Assembly: GCA_963726455.1 (NCBI GenBank)
Contig: CAVSCK010000005.1
Coordinates: 448,001-512,000, forward strand
Direction of reading: 5' to 3'
Origin: an uncultured bacterium
GTDB taxonomy: Bacteria; Zixibacteria; MSB-5A5; CAIYYT01
DNA: 64,000 nt
Shown: piece by piece, positions 63,608 to 64,000 of the stretch
How the letters are laid out: each line of letters starts with the position of its first letter
Position numbering within the stretch: position 1 is the first letter of the stretch
The notes under the pieces: generated by a model
What the model saw: the letters and a program-made list of their open reading frames with translations, nothing else
What the model was told of the DNA's origin: nothing
Databases searched by the model: none
Made by a program: the position numbers and the translations under genes

Positions 63608-64000
63608 CTATTTGAGCAGAATAAATAGCACCGCCGCGAGGGCAACAATCAGAATCGCAATCCACAACAGCGGGCTGATGTCGTGCTTCTTCCTGACTGG
63701 CACGGTGAATCCGACCGTGCTGCCGGCCGGTTGAGGCGGCGCCTCGGTTGTATCCGGGAACTTGCTGTGCGCGATTTGCTCGATCTGCGCTAGTTCCTTG
63801 TCGGTGCCCCAGTCGACGGTGGCGCGCCTGATCTCGTCGAAGTCCGGAATCTCTCCCTGCTCGATGACCCTGGCTATACAGACTGTGATATTATCAGAAC
63901 CACCGGCCTCATTGGCCTTGGCAATCAAAACCTGCGCCAGTTGATTAAGATCATCCGCGCCGGCATTGGCAGCTTTGAGAATCTCGGAGTCGGAGATCAT
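63608..64000 (-). CDS. PP2C/Stp1-family Ser/Thr phosphatase with C-terminal TM (partial)
   Basis: LIAKANEAGGSDNITV motif; hydrophobic C-terminus; start lies outside the window. Confidence 0.85.
   Translation of the reverse strand: MISDSEILKAANAGADDLNQLAQVLIAKANEAGGSDNITVCIARVIEQGEIPDFDEIRRATVDWGTDKELAQIEQIAHSKFPDTTEAPPQPAGSTVGFTVPVRKKHDISPLLWIAILIVALAAVLFILLK

Noticed and set aside
63039-63665. 208-aa minus-strand ORF
   Set aside because: It runs across a REP element, a terminator and promoters, and has no protein-like features.

Overview
A 64 kb chromosomal window from a Gram-negative, probably anaerobic bacterium of moderately high GC. Its many secreted proteins ending in a Cys-flanked dockerin-type domain suggest candidate division Zixibacteria or a relative; this is inference, with no database check. 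The housekeeping backbone is tRNA-Glu, two tRNA-Leu, tig-clpP-clpX-lon-engB-purA, mscL, nadE, tRNA-Ala, ptb/ptb/hbd/crt, kdsB-pyrG-kdsA-kdsC-kdsD, lptC-lptB-rpoN-hpf-hprK and pspC. Most unusual: (1) an 8.4 kb arsenic locus with two ArsR-led units, including a Cys-rich thioredoxin-fold/MacB-type ABC module and a DUF1573 protein with an in-frame TGA in its CGC motif followed by a SECIS-like hairpin (candidate selenoprotein); (2) a tRNA-Leu with the rare AAG anticodon; (3) an Fe-S locus whose IscS lacks the PLP lysine and whose reductase lacks its NADPH domain; (4) seven dockerin proteins, three with cohesin-like domains; (5) REP-like palindromes with conserved arms and variable interiors; (6) a free-standing ~185 nt sRNA candidate. 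About seven single-base frameshifts in conserved genes point to assembly errors, so single-base claims need read support.
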